Under the pieces are notes generated by a model that saw nothing but the letters and a program-made list of their open reading frames with translations, did no database searches and was not told the origin of the DNA. Source: Protoeuglena noctilucae (lineage: Eukaryota). Taken from it: a stretch of 64,000 nucleotides of DNA. The DNA is taken from assembly GCA_958009085.1 (NCBI GenBank), contig OY253681.1:124001-188000 (forward strand), written 5' to 3'. Positions 1-13,475 of the stretch are shown in pieces. The stretch's first letter is position 1. Every line of letters begins with the position of its first letter. A program made the translations under genes and the position numbers.

Positions 1-214
1 TGCCGTGTTTTTGCACTGGGCGTCGCGGAGCACGATAGCACGATCCTGGCCCGACCGGGCCTTGAGACAATATTAGCTGACCTAGGCGTCACGAGTCAAT
101 GCCTACCGACTGGCGCAAGCGTGGAGTTACCATCATGTCAGTGCCCTTACGTTCGCGAGGGCAGTAGATGCTGCGGTGCAAGGGGTCACGCGCCGGATAC
201 TCGGCTGAGAGAAA

Positions 215-294
215 AGGGAGAGCCTCACAAACGAAGGAGATGCCTCACAAGGGAGACGCCACACAAGGGAGATGGCTCACAAGGGAGATGCCTC
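215..294. repeat. Short degenerate 16-bp tandem repeat (GCCTCACAAGGGAGAT-like, about 4-5 copies)
   Basis: Units at 242 gcctcacaagggagac, 258 gccacacaagggagat and 274 ggctcacaagggagat, with partial copies on both sides. Confidence 0.8.
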
Positions 295-676
295 GAGGCA
301 AACGCGACGAAAGGGGCGCAAGAGAGGCGTAACTGCATGGGACCCTGGGGTCACAAAATGACGCTTTGTGACGCGCGGCAGGGCCACAAGCGCCTCCCTA
401 TCCCCGCCACGCGCACGCGAGGGGCGGGCGTGGCAGAGGGCTGGGTGGACGGACTACGTGCAGGGCATTGCACTGCGCGAACTAGGACGAGGGACGGCGG
501 CGGGCGCAAAGGCTTGCGGAGAGAGAGAGCGGGGCGGAGCGGAGAGCGGAGCGAGGGCTTGGCGGGGTGCCACGGCGCGGCCAGAGGGGTGCGTGCGGAG
601 AGAGAAACGGCGAAAGGGGTGAGGTGAGGTGTGAATGAAACAGCCCCTCTGGCGCAGCCGCTCTGGCACGCCCGCG

Positions 677-3600
677 TCAGGCCTCGACTGCCAGTGCCGA
701 CACCGCGGCTCGCCCCTTGGCGTGGATGCTGCTGGGACGCGGGGGGCGGATGCTCATGGAGGCCCCTGCCGACTCCCTGCACGGGACAGGACAGGGTACG
801 GGGGGCTGTAGGGTGTTTCCAGCAGTAAAGCTGACGTTGTGACCACGCAGGCGAGGTGACAGCGCTGGATGACAAGTGCCGTCAAGGCCAGGGCCAGGTG
901 ACGAGGCTCCTAAAGTACACTTGAGCATCTCGCACACACGCGGCGACTCACGGGTTGTGGGAGGAGCGCCGCAAGCCTCGGCTGGTGCGCGAGGGTGCCG
1001 TGCCCATAGGCTGGGCCTGCCCGGGGGGGTGGACCACCACGCACGCCGTCTCCGCGTGTCCGGGGAAGCGCGCCTGGTCCAGCGGCACCATCAGGCGCAT
1101 CTCCACGACCACGGCGCCCTTGGGAGCTTGAAGGACCACGCGGGGCAGCTGCGGGGGCGGAAGGGTGGGTCGAGGGTTGGAACAGTGGTGTGTGCTGTGG
1201 AGAGGGAGCAAAGCAAAGGCTGGTCGGACTCAAGCCGCGCCGCACTCGCGTCGGCTGAGCGTGGCAGATAAGGCCCAGCTGTAGCCGAGTGACACTCCGG
1301 CTTGTGCGTATCCCACGCACCACATGCCCCCGCCCTCTCGCACGCACCTCGGCCGGCTGCCGCTCGTTCCACGGTCCCGGCAGATTGAGACTCCGCCTCA
1401 CGAACGCCCCGAACCCCGTGGCTATCTTCTTCTCGTCTCCGGGCCCCCGGCCACGGCTCCGCGTCGCCCCCATCCCCATGCCCTTCTCGGTCCCTGGCGC
1501 TGGCGCCATAAGGCCCCCCACCGGCACCGTCTCAGCTTCGGCTGGCAGCCGGGGCGACCCCGGCCGCAGATCCTGGGACAGCTTGGCCCAGGGGTCCCCC
1601 GGCAAAGGCGGCTGAGCCTCCGCCACACGGGGCTTGGCAAAGCACCGCAACAAAAAGCACCCGGGGGGCGCGTCGGCCTTCACCGCGCGGTTCCCCGCAG
1701 GCCGGGCCTCCTTCCGCGGCCCGCCCGTCTCTACGAACGTGGGCGCGGCCTTGCGAGCGTGCATGGCCAAGGGCGAGTGCACGGGCAACGCTCCGGGGTG
1801 GAAAAGGCACCAGCCGGCCCACACCCCGGCCGAGGCGTGGGGCGGACGCATGCGCGCCTCCCAGAGACCCCCGGACAGGGGCACGGGCGTCGGGATGGGG
1901 CTGGCGTCGCCAGAGAAGCGACTCACGATGTGGCTCAGGATGCTCGGCCGCCGCGCGGCCCAGGCGCCGTCGACGGACGCCGACTTGCGCTGCGACCCGG
2001 CGGTCCCCGCGTCCCGGTGCTCTTCGTTCTCGGTGATGCCCTCTATGTCCTGGGATCCCTTGCCACGCGGGGCCCCCCGGTCGCGCGCCGTCCCCGGCAC
2101 CACGCGCGCCGTCGCGGCCGTGGCCATCGTCTCGTTGCTCGACACGGCCGGCATCTGCTGCGGCGGCGCGGGGCGCGGCGGGGGCGGCGAGGCGGCGGCG
2201 TCCGGGGGCGGCGGCGGGGGCAGTGCGGACCCGGTCGCCACGTGCACCATGAGCACCTCGCTGGCGACGCCGGCGGTGGCACCGGACGTGCGGACGCGCC
2301 CGGAGGTCGTCGCGGGCGGGCAGCGGACCTCGGCAGTCGCCACGCCGCCCCCGGGGCTGCTGACGACCGTCACGCGTCGCTGCGTGTGCCGTGCCACGTC
2401 CACCAGCACCTCCATCATGCGGCCCCGAAGCTGCAGCCGCGCGGCCTCCAGATCCGGCGCGGCGCCCGAGGCCTCGCCCCCCGCCGCCATGGGCGGCACG
2501 AAGGTGGCTGCCTCAGCCGCCGCCGACCCGGGCCACGCCCCGTGCTGCGCGTTGTGCACCGACAGCGACGCGCGGCTCGCGCGGCTAGCCCGCCGGTGCC
2601 CCGTCGCGGTTGACTGCGCCGCCGGCGACGGCCACGGCCCCAGCGACCGCCCCTGCAGCACAACCGTGGCATGGTCAACGCCCGTGGGGAGACTACGCAG
2701 CGCCAGCGCCAGCTCGGAAGCCACCGTGTCCGCGTTGGCCATCTGCGAGGTGCGACGTGACGAGGGCTACGTCACATGACGACATGGGACGAGATGCGAA
2801 GCAGTGGATGCCTCGGCAGTGGAGCATTGACAAGGCGAGGCGACCATGAAGGCCATGCAACCTGCCCTGCATCACCCCTCACCCCTGTGCCGGACTCGAC
2901 TGCTAGCCAGTCGAGGTCGACCGTCACGACGCCGTGGCCCGGCCCGAGCTGCACGGGGCGGCAGGATAGCAGGCAGCACGGCTGGAGGGCCGGCAGCACG
3001 CAGGGGATGTCCTCTGTCGCTTTCCTCTCCGGCCCCGGCTCCGTCGGCCCGCTCTGCACCACCCCCGAGTCGGCGCGCCTGTCAGGCAACGAACACGGGG
3101 CTATTGAGTCGCACCACAACAGCTACGTCAGCCCACGCGTCACGCCATCCATTGCCACAGCGGAAGTGTGACCACCCCAACTGACGCTGGCATGTCCAAT
3201 GCAGCCACATCTCATTTCTTTCATTTCTTCCACATGCTGCCGTCCATCCAAAATCTGTTCGCCGTGTTCTCTGTTCGCCGCTCACCGTGAGGCCGTGCCG
3301 ATGTCGCTCCACCGCCGCCCTGGGTTCTCCCCACCGCTCCCCGCCGCCTCCTCCGACACCAGCAGCGTCGGCACCGTCCCGTTCCGCATGGGTTTGTCCA
3401 GCAGCGCTGGCGTGTACATCACCACCTGCCCGAAAGGGAAGGGTAGCTGCTAGGGACGACCAACGAAAGTGGTGGCGACCTCGCACACCCCGTCATGGCC
3501 TAGCAAGCGAGTGGGTGTCGCGCGCGACTGCCGCGCTGCGCTGCGGGCGTCACCTCGACGGTGGTGTGATGCAAGAAGAGGAGGTAGAGGCGCAGGGCCG

Positions 3601-4894
3601 CCCACCGCACAAACGACACCGTCTCCGTGTTGAACAGGTGGGAGGGGATGCCCTGGAGGCCCATCTCGGCCCAGCCCCAGCCGCAGAGGTGGGGAACACT
3701 CGCGAAGAGCTGCCGCCGCTCGCCTCCCTGCGAGCGAGCGGCGCGGGGCAGGGGTCAGGAGGCGATCCCCCGGTCAGAGCACTTGCCCCCGCGCCTGGAG
3801 GCACGCCGCTCACCATCGCCGCCATGTACATGTTGAGAAGAGCAGAGAGCACGGATTTCTGCAGCGCCTCGCCCAGGGGCTCGTCCAGCGCCTCGCGCCC
3901 CTCTGCCACTCTGCGGGCGGATTGAAGGGTGGCACGCGTCGCCCCCGTCCGCGTTCGGCCCCCCCCGCCGCCGCGCCGCCGCCGTTGATACGCGATAAAG
4001 CCGCCCGCGCTCCGCCGCGCGCCGCGCGATCGCCGGGGCGCGCCCACCTGGCCTGGAGTTCGGGGAGGAGGGCGAGCAGGCTGCTCGTGACGACGCCGCC
4101 GTTGCAGACCAGGACGTGGAGCGGCACCGTCTCCCGGACGTACATGATGTCGTTCCAGACGGATCCCGGCCCCGTCCCGTTCGGCTGGCCCCCGTCGTCG
4201 ACCGAGTAGCACCCCCATGTCCAGGGCCGACACGCGGACGGCAGGACGAAGGATCCTTCCAGGAGAGCGGCGCCGCCACCGCACATTTCCGACAGCGATA
4301 TCTGCGAACGGGGGGAGGGCGGCGCGCTCGCGGGCCGGGGGGGTGCGATAGGGAGTATCTGCCGAGACCCCCCCGCCGGAAAGCCGGCCCGCTCGCCGCG
4401 GGCGCGAGCGGCGCGGCGCCGAAGTGGAGCATTTCGATCGTGGATCACGAAGCCGGGCGCCGCGGACCAGAAGCCCCGCGCGCTCGCCTTGTATCCGGCG
4501 ACCTCCTCTTCGTCGGAGAGGGCCATGCGGAGGGGGAACTTCCAAAACCGATGCGGTCCCATGGTATCGAGGAGGATGCCGTAGCTCGTCGTCGGGACGC
4601 CGTCCGCCCGCGTCACCTCCATCTGCGCGCGCGGGCGCGGGGGTTTGCTCTGCAGCTCGGCCCGAGCCGCCCCGAGCTCGAGAGCGCCGGGGGCGGGCGG
4701 CAGGGGGCGCAAAATTTGATGAAATTGTCGAATTGGCGCGGGTGTGGCCCCGGAAGGCGGAATGACCCTGCATGGCCTCGCACCGACGGGCTGCATTCGT
4801 CGTCGGGTAGCGCCGTGACGACCAGGACGGACCCAGTCCAGAAATTAGGAGGGACAAACCGCTCATAACGAAGCAGGGGCCCGATGGCCGCCAT
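677..4894 (-). CDS. Multi-exon PhoD-like phosphatase family protein (fungal/algal PhoD_2 type), catalytically degenerate
   Basis: Spliced product has motifs in the family order: GPLLRY..WTGSVLVVT, RFWKFPL, SFVLP..WTW..S, VWNDI..PLHVLV, FASVPHL, AALRLYLLFLHHTT, VDHATVVL, RRVTVVS, MVHVATGS.LPPPPP. ATG at 4894, stop at 677. Some internal exons (about 2750-3560) are uncertain. Confidence 0.65.
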
Positions 4895-5319
4895 GGACCC
4901 CGGTCGCGTTTGCGAGGGCCCGAAAGGCCGACAGGCCAGCTCCTAGGGCCCGCCGGGCCAAGAAGAAGGTCGATGATGGCTCTACGCAGCGGTGCGACGC
5001 GGGAAGGGTCAAAGGGGCGCACAGGGCGAACGAATGTGCGGGTAGCCGCGCGGGACGATGCCTACTCCGCGCTGGGCTGGCCCACCCGGCGCTTGTTTGG
5101 CAACTAAACGCAACCGCTTGTCATCGGCGCGCACGTCGGCCCCTGCCTTCACTTCCCTGGCGTCAAACCAGGACTGACATCTGTCCCTGACGAGAGCGGC
5201 GTCCCAGGAAGCCAAATGCGCCCCCCGCCAGCGCTGTCGGAGCAAGAGGGTGGATAACACCAGGGCGACTCCTCGGATACCCCTGGAACCCTTCGTCCGA
5301 CCCGGGGGCTCACCGCGAC

Positions 5320-7111
5320 ATGGCGTCCAGCCTCGACACCCGCGCTGCGGGCGACGCCGTTGGCGACGTGGGGACTGACGCGCCGCAGGATGCCCACGAT
5401 CTGTACGGATTCGATGCTGGGGTCGCCGATGCCGGCGTGACCCCGGGGACGCTGGAGCACCTCGACGAACCGGGCGCTGCCCCTGGCGACGCACCGTCTG
5501 CCGCTGCCGAGGACCCGCGGGGACTTCCGGAGGACAGAGTGCCTGAGGCTCCTCATAAAGCGCTCGATAGGATCGACCAGCCCGGGCCCGCACCGCGGGC
5601 GGACGTGCCCTCACAAAACGCCAACACCGAGCCCTCGCCTCCGCCCGCGCGGGAGACGCGCACCGCGGAGGTCCAGACGGACCCGATCGACGATCTCGAC
5701 CGCTACTGCGTGGACTTGGACGCCGAGGCGCAGGCGCCGGGGCCCTCGCAGGTGCGAAAGCAGGGGGCGCGAGCGACAACGCTCCCGCCCCTCTCGGGCG
5801 CCCCGCGGAGGCTTCCTCGAAGAGCCCTACGACCGCCCGCTCTTCCTACCCGCAGAATCCGCGGGATGTCGTGTCGGACAGCATCGCAGACATTGCAGCG
5901 CTGTTGCGGTGCGTGGGGTGGCGTCGTTGACCCCCTCGTTTGACCATCAGAGCATATTTCGGCACTCTCACCGCTGAGCCGGACGCCGCCCTCGCACCCG
6001 CAGAGAGGCCCGCCGCATCGACCTGCAGCTGACGCGCGCCCAGCCCCGGTCCCACCCGTCGCAACGCGGATCCTCGACCGACGAAGCGGCCGAGCGCATC
6101 GCTGCAGAGATGGAGGAGCTCCTGGCCGAGCTCCGCGAGTGCCGCGCTGCCGACGAGACCACCACCGTGGCCACCGCCACTGTCGCGGACGCCACGGCAG
6201 GTGCTGAGGATGGCTCTCCCGACCACAGCCCTTCCCGCACGGGCCCCCTCCCCGCTGCGACAGACGGTGATTCTGACGCGGAGTACGAGGCGGTGCAGGC
6301 GGCGGCGCGGGCGTTGCTGGAGAAGCGGAGGAAGCACGAAAGGCTGGAGGAGATTGAAACGAGGATACGGTGAGGGGCGAGGCAGTGAGGGGTCGGTCGA
6401 TGGAGGCCAGGGAGGGTGCAGTACCGCCGGGTGGATTACCCGATACCCGTGTGGTGGGCCTGCTGGCAGAGATGGGCACTGCGAGGGTATGGGAAGTGTG
6501 CAAAGGCGTGATGCCACAAGTGTCACTGCGACGTGCCCTGATTGCAGGGACTTGGAGGCACAGCAGCGGGAGGTGGGGGCCCTGCGGCTGCAGCAGGAGC
6601 GCCTGGCCATGGCGGGGGTGGACGCGCGTGCCGTACTGCGTGCGCCATCGAGCAAGAGGATCATCACCGCGGCCAGCGCCTACCTCAGCCCCGTCGACAC
6701 GAACCGGGTGAGATGCCTGCCAGGCATTGCTCATAAGAGATTGTGTTTGTGTGTACTTTGTCACGACGTGGCGTGTCGTGCAACCCGAGTGTGACATGGT
6801 GATGACAGGCCGCCCCGTTTTGCGCGGCGCAGCAGCGGCCACTGCCGACGCGCCGCCGGGCCGCCGACGATCGGGGGAGCCCCGCGCCCGAGAGCGCCAA
6901 GGCATCGACCAGCCGGCCGCGGGTGTCCGGGGGAGCGTCGCCTGGGGGAGCGACGTCGCCGGAGCCGGGGAGCGACGCGACAGGCGCTGGGGAGGGGCGG
7001 TTGGCGGCGTCAGCGCGGGAGCCTAGCTACATGCGGCCGACGAAGAGCGTGAGCATGCGGGGGATGAGTGGGAGGGATGCACGGGGAGACGGGGGCACGG
7101 CATGGAAGTGA
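5320..7111 (+). CDS. Hypothetical acidic/coiled-coil protein (5 exons)
   Basis: GT-AG introns join in frame MASSLDTR..GPSQ / NPRDVV..ALLR / ..EMEELLAELREC..EIETRIR / DLEAQQRE..DTNR / AAPF..PSYMRPTKS..AWK*. No recognisable domain. Confidence 0.55.
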
Positions 7112-7807
7112 GGGTGGGACTGCGGACCCGTCTTGAGATCCCGGAGAAGATACACGCGCCGCCCAAGGCCAACGACCCCGTGATCGACGCTTAACTGGGT
7201 AGAGAGTAAGAGAGCGAAGTGAGCGAGCCGTGGCGCGAATCTTCGACGCGGAGCTGTGGCTTCTTGGCTCTGTGGTCGATTCCCGCGCCTTTTATGATCC
7301 TGCGATGGTTGCGATGGGTCCCACGCCGCAGGTTCGTGAAAGTGCACCGTGTGTTGGGGAACTGCAAATGTTCAACGCGCGGAGGGATCCCCGGCGGACT
7401 CTATTCTATCGGGCCTCGCACGGCTATCCCTGCTCTCGCATTCTGGCAATGATGTATAAGCGCATGGCCTAACGTGTCGCCATAGCGACCTACAGATGGA
7501 GAACCAGGGTCAGGCAGCCCAGTGGCGTTATGATATGCAGAACCACGCATCGCAACCACGTCGCAATCGAGCATCCGTCAAGGCAGGTGCCTGCCATGCA
7601 ATCCCCGACGACATGCAAACACGGACCAGTCCCGGCGCAAAAAGACGGCAGTCGCAGCGCGCCGACGGTGGCAGAGCGTCAAGGGTCAAGTGAAGCACAT
7701 TCCCATGATACAGCGGGCGGTCTGACGCTGCCAGTAGCCGAGCAGGGGCAGCGGTGTGGACCGACAGCTGCTCCACGACACCCCACTGCCTGGAGTGCCG
7801 CGCAAGC

Positions 7808-10455
7808 TCAAACGTTGTGCGAGGACCGCTGAGGGTACACGCCCAGACTGTTCTTGTACCCGTGCCCCTTGGCCTGCGTAAGGGGGAGGGGGAAAGGCAC
7901 GTGTCAGTAGCCGCCAGGCACGCCAGTGGCTACAAAGCAGATCAGCGACCAGGGCCGTGTGACTGTCGCACGGCACAACGGGCCATTGATGGTTACAGAG
8001 TCGCAGCCGCAGCCGCAGCCACCCCGGCCCTCGCCTTGGATGCCGAGGTGTAGGAGTGCAGCGTCGCGCCCCCTGCCTGGCTGCCTGCGAACCCTGTCGC
8101 CCCTGCCGCCCGCTTCTGCCGGTGCTTGCCCTGCGCCTGGTACGTGCTGCGCGATTGGAAGCCGTGATGGGCACTCGTGCCCGCCCCCGCCCCCGCCCCG
8201 CCTCCCCCCTTGGCCCGGGCCACAACCCTTGGGCCCGGGATGGACCCACTGGCCCCGCCAATGGGGGGCAAGTTGTGGTCCCCGTCGTGCTCCGTGTCGC
8301 TCGCTTCTGAGGGCACCTTGGAGTTGGCGCGGCTGCGGGTGACGAAGACGCAGGGGAAAGTCAGGTCAGGCCATGCAAAGCCGGGCAAGCACGGCGCTGA
8401 CCACGACACAAGGGGCGACACAAGGGGCGCCAGTCGCTGCGTCAAACCACCCTCTCAGGTCTCCTCAACAGCGAGTGCACGCAGCACAGTAGACCTTACC
8501 ATCTCATCCCACTTCCCAACACCACCCGAGCCATCCATGCTGTCATCTCGCTCACCTGTAGGACGTGCCGTGGACGGGCGGGATGCCGTCGTCCTTCTGC
8601 CGCATCGTGCCGCGCTGGATGCTCGGGAGCGTGTCGGAGCTCTTCTCCGCGTGCAGCTTGCCGCCCGCGGCCCCCGCCCCGGCGCCCGTGCCCGCCGCCG
8701 CGCCCGGCCCCGGACCCGCCTCGCTCTTGCGGCTCCCCGCGTCGCCCCGCCCGCGCCCTTCCGCCCCGTACAGCGACAGGCTGCCCTGACTCAGGCTCAG
8801 CTCCGGCGCCATCATGGCCCGCTGGCGCTTCTCCGCGTCCCGCAGGTCCTTGAAGTACGGATGCCGCAGCGCCTGCCGCGCCGACAGCCGGTCGTCGGGG
8901 TTGTACGCCAGCAGCCTGCGGGCGAGGGGCAGGGATTGAATCAATGCGATGGCTCATGCTCCGTCAATGACAGATATTGACTAGGATGACTAGGGTAGTG
9001 GGATAGCACCGTCAGCGGCCAGCTCTCCGGCTATGGCCGTCATGACGGCTGCCCCGACAAGTCATCGGACCCTTTGCCCCCATTGGCCCGCATCCTCACC
9101 GGTTGATGAGGTCGACGCACTCGGCGGGCACGTGCGGCACGAGCTTGTCGATGCCCATGCCCTGCTGCGGCGGGAAGTTGCAGTCCATGTGGGAGGACAG
9201 GCGCTTGAGCCGCTGCAGGAGCTCCGGGGGTGGCGTGCCCACCACGTTGTGGATCTTCTTGATCTGGTCCAACTCGTTGTTACCGGGGAACTGCGTGGTG
9301 GCCGTGGGGAAGAAAATGAGGATTGAGGCGGGGGTCGGGCGGCGCATTGAAAGCGAGCGGCGTGCCACTGCGCACAAACGGGACGTGTCGTGGGCGTGCG
9401 CATGCGATGCAGGCGCGACTGCATTTCCTCACCAGCGGGAAGAGGGACACGATCTCAAAGAACACGCACCCCACGCCCCACATGTCCATCTTGTAGTTGT
9501 AATAGCCGTCTGTCAAGAGGCACTCGGGCGCCCGGTACCACCGCGTGCTGATGTACTGCGGAGGCGGGTCGCAGGGCCCGTCTCGACATGTCCGGGGTCG
9601 GCTTATGCGAGCACGAGGTGGGCCGCCGCAGCTGCCATCACCTCCGTGAAGGGCTGCTTGGAGTGGATGCCGCGGCAGGACCCGAAGTCCGCGAGTTTGA
9701 GGCTTTCGTCCATGATGAGGATGTTCTCGGGCTTGATGTCGCGGTGGAAGATGCCGTTGCGGTGCATATGGTCCATCGCCTTCATCAGCTGGTACATGTA
9801 ACGCTTGACGCGGTCCTCCGCCACGTAATGGCGGCGCCCGCGGATCAGCTCGTAGATGTTCATGTCCATGAGCTCGAAGACGAGCGCCAGACGGCCCGTC
9901 GGCTGGTCGTAGAGCACCTCGAGGAGCTTGATAATGTTGGGGTGCGGCGACAGGCGCCTGCGGGGGAGGGGCGCGGGCCTCCGTGGGCCCTCGCGAAGGG
10001 GAGCGAAGAAAGGCGCGTGCGCCGAGGGCGACGGAACGCCGGGCGGCCACGCGCGGCGGGCTTCGGGGTGGCATGTTGCGCAGCACTCGCCGCAGAGCCT
10101 GGATCTCCCGGAGGTTGTTGACCTGCTCCAGCGAGTCGAAGTGGTTCTTCATGCACTTAATTGCCACATACTTGCCGTTCTTGATGCACTGCGCCTTCAG
10201 GACCTCGCTGAAGGTGCCCTCGCCCTTCTTGGCCACCAGGCGATACTCTGCTCCCGGAAGGAGGATTGCGCTCGCCCGACCCCACACCCAGACACTCAGA
10301 GTGCCCAGACTTCCCGCTTCGATGGCAAAGGCCGGCAAACAGACCCCAGCGGCCCGGAACGCCCAGCCATGGGGGGCAGCGGCCTGCGCCGCGCCGCGAG
10401 GCGACGACATTCGCGTCCGATAGCCAGGCCCATTGGCCCGCGACTCACTGTGCAT
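7808..10455 (-). CDS. LF4: MOK/RAGE-family MAPK-related kinase, flagellar length regulator LF4
   Basis: MHKYRLVAKKGEGTFSEVLKAQ, VAIKCMK, NNLREIQALRRL, HRDIKPEN, DFG, TEYISTRWYRAPE (TEY activation loop). 8 exons, first coding exon ATGCACA (7 nt), last exon ends ..SSHNV*. Confidence 0.93.
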
Positions 10456-11009
10456 CGCTTCGCCCCCGCTCTACCCCCACGTCCCGTCGGGACCCTGCCT
10501 GCCCTGCCTGCCCTTCCAGGGCTGCCGCGCCTCTCGTCAACAGTCCGCTGAATCGCAGTGAGATGCAGCGGAAGGGGGGACGCTCTCAAGGACGCTCTCG
10601 GGCCCTCGGAAGCGACGAACCGGCCAGCTAGCTATCGCGAGGAGCCACGCAGCGCGAAGGCACCTTAGGTCACTGATATGCCAAGCTACATCTCGAGGCG
10701 ATCCCGAAAGCGCGGACGGCTTCAGAGCAGGGCAACTTCGGTCAGACACAGGTCGTACCCTCTCCTTTTTGCAAGCAAACGCGTCCGCTGGCTCGCCGGA
10801 CAGATCGTTGTGTTCGTCGCGAGTCAGCCTGCGCCTGTTCTCCTCTGGGATCGGGCAGAAACTGTTGGCCTAGGTGCACGCCCCTGAAAACGCGAGACGA
10901 AGCAGCGAAGGCGCGCTGTCCGAGTCCCTGCCTTTGATCCGTCATCTCACCACTTCGCTCAGGGGTGCGAGCGGGTCCCCCCGCCGATCTGCGGGGCGCG
11001 TCCTTTCCC

Positions 11010-13475
11010 ATGGCGCCTCGGGGATTGGGGGCGCTCCTCGCGATCGCCGCGGCGCTTTCAGGGCTGAAGTGCGTGCGCGCCCGATGCAAGTATCCGTCCA
11101 TCATCCATCGGCAACGCAAGTCCGCCCATCGCGCACGTCCTGGCCCCCTCCGCCCCCGCAGCGTGGCGTGGGGAGCGGCGTTCAACGTGACGGACCTCCG
11201 GGAGCGGCGCGAGGCCGGGGACGGCGTGATTTTTATGCTCCTGAGCCAGCTGCAGGACGTGCTGAACGCGCCGGACCGGACGGCCGACGTGGTCGTCCTT
11301 CTCCAGGCGGGGCAGGCCGGCGTGAACACGATGGGCCAGCTCCTCTTCCAGCGCCTCTCCCAGGCCGTCGAAGAGTACAAGCGCACGCACAGCGAGCGGG
11401 CCGCTCAGGAGATCGAGGCGAGGGCTCGATGCCTGCAGTTCGCCGCGTCTCGCGTGACATGCTCTCCATTCCCGACCGCGCCGATCTTGCGCCGTGCCAC
11501 GGGTCCGCCGTCGCCTCTCCGTCCCCAGATGTATCGCCAGGACCTTGAATACCTCAAGCAAGTTCCGCGCGTGATGGAAGAGCAGAGCCGGGAGTTCCGC
11601 GTGGCCGCCCGGTCGTTCCATCGCAGCCTGGCCGAGACGGGCCGGGAGGACGCCATCTTCTTCGTGGAGCTGCCCGAGTCAGACATGACCTTCAAGTGAG
11701 CAATTCTTAGGGGGTGGCTGGACCCCTGGTCAGAGTCGGCGCACATAGCTGGGGCACTGTGGCAGGGTGGGTGAGTGCGAGGGAGGTGGTTGCGGCAGCA
11801 TGTCGTCCCTTCCCGCACTGATTCCCTGCGCGTTTTCGTTCCCAGGACTGCCGCCAAGGAGCTCGGTCTGCAGCAGGCCATCGAGGTGGCCTACTTCCCC
11901 ACCACGGCCAGGTTTGCGCCTGTGGATGACCGGCGCATCGACCTGAAGGAGCACCCCGAGGTGAGAGGGGAGGGCGGTGGGTGAGCGTGGGATGTCAGCA
12001 AAGACGCGGTGACCGGCTTAGCGTACTGCAAGTTAAGAGGGTTGGGGCTTGGTAGCGCTGAACGAAGGACGTGAACCCTTTCAACCCTCGCCCACTCCCC
12101 AGACGCCCTTCACGGCTGAGACCCTGGTGGATTGGGTCGGCAAGCGGTCGGGCCTGCGTGCAGCCGTCCACCGATGGAGTCTCTTCCGCACCTGGTGGTG
12201 GCCCTTCCTGGCAGTCGCGGCACTCCTCGCGCTGCTCTACCTCGGACTCTTCCTCACCCTCTCCGGGCTCGCCGCCAACCCGTGGCTCATCAGCGGCGTG
12301 CTGCTCACGCTCTGGTGGTTCAGGCGAGGCGTGGGTGTATTGTATGCTGTGCCCCTGGCTGGTTCTCGCACCACAGTTCGTCAATCGTCAACGCATCCAT
12401 GCGCACGCTCACCCCACAACACCACCGCTCGCACACTCACCCCACCGCACCCCCGCACGCTCACCCCACGCTCACCTTACGCTCGCCCCCACAGCTCCTC
12501 CGGTGGTCTCTTCAACATCATCAAGCACGTCCCTCTCGTGGCCGTCGCCCCCGCCGGGCCCGGCCGCCCCAGGCAGGTCCACTTCTTCCTGGACCATCCC
12601 CAGATGCAGCTGGGGCTGGAGGGCTACTCCATGGGGGCGTGCATGCTCATCGCGTCCGCACTGCTCCTACTCGTCACCGGTGAGGCGACTCCACTCACAT
12701 TTGTTAAGTTGCCGTCATGCAATATCGCTTGCAATCTGGTGCATCCATTTCCTCATTCCCGCCCCCTCGCCCATCCTCCTCTCCCTCGCACCACCCTTCT
12801 CACTCACCCACTACCCTCTTACCCACCCCTTCACCCATCACCCACACGTGTTACCCCCCCATCATCGACCCTCCCATCCATCCCCAGTGGGCGTCCCCAA
12901 GATGCCCCCCGGCAAACAGCGCATGGCGGGGCTGGTGGTGTCGGTGGTAGCGGCCGCCTGGGCCGTCCTCATCCACGACCTCTTCCACCGCAAGGCGGGG
13001 CTGCACATCCGCCCGTTCGTATCCATGGCCGTCTTCGAGCCGGTGAGAGTGCCTGACTGTTTTGATCGCGATGTCTAATTGTGTCGATACTGGTACACGA
13101 GCCCGTGACAGTAACAAGGCAACTGCGATATTAGTTCCACGCAAGGGTTAAAGAGGGTGCACACTCGCTCCCTTAACATCGCCCCACGCCCCTGTCCCTG
13201 ACCCACAGGTTTTCAGCGCTCTCCGTCTCGACTTTGTCAACGCCATTCCCTTCTTCGTCGCTGCTCTTGTCTTTGTACCCACCGTCTATTTCACCGTCAA
13301 GCTGCTTGACTGGGGTATTGGGGGCAAGCGAGGGAGCGGTGCGACTGGTGTTGCTGAGGGGGTTACGGGGAGTGGTGATGGTGGCGACGGCGGGGTGGCA
13401 GCGGGGGAGGGAGCAAGCGGGGGGGCAGGGGACGGTGGGGAGGGGACACAGAGGGCAGACAAGGCGGCGGAGTGA
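11010..13475 (+). CDS. Oligosaccharyltransferase subunit, OST3/OST6 family
   Basis: Signal peptide MAPRGLGALLAIAAALS, lumenal domain (REFRVAARSF, IFFVEL, TAETLVDWVGKRSG), TM helices, SSGGLFNIIKHVPL and QLGLEGY motifs typical of the family. Confidence 0.8.

Noticed and set aside
215..294. Repeat considered as a CRISPR array
   Set aside because: No spacers, 16-bp head-to-tail units, eukaryotic context, no cas genes
121..627. 168-aa plus-strand ORF
   Set aside because: GTG start, low complexity, crosses a 16-bp repeat that is not a multiple of 3, no motifs
1324..2779. Long plus-strand ORFs (429 and 381 aa)
   Set aside because: Antisense shadows of the GC-rich PhoD-like exon
4705..4740. AT-rich AAAATTTGATGAAATTG resembling a giant-virus early promoter
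   Set aside because: Not an exact AAAATTGA match, lies in intron 1 of a host gene, and there are no viral genes nearby
7230..7472. 80-aa ORF between convergent genes
   Set aside because: GTG start, no motif, lies in the expected 3' UTR region
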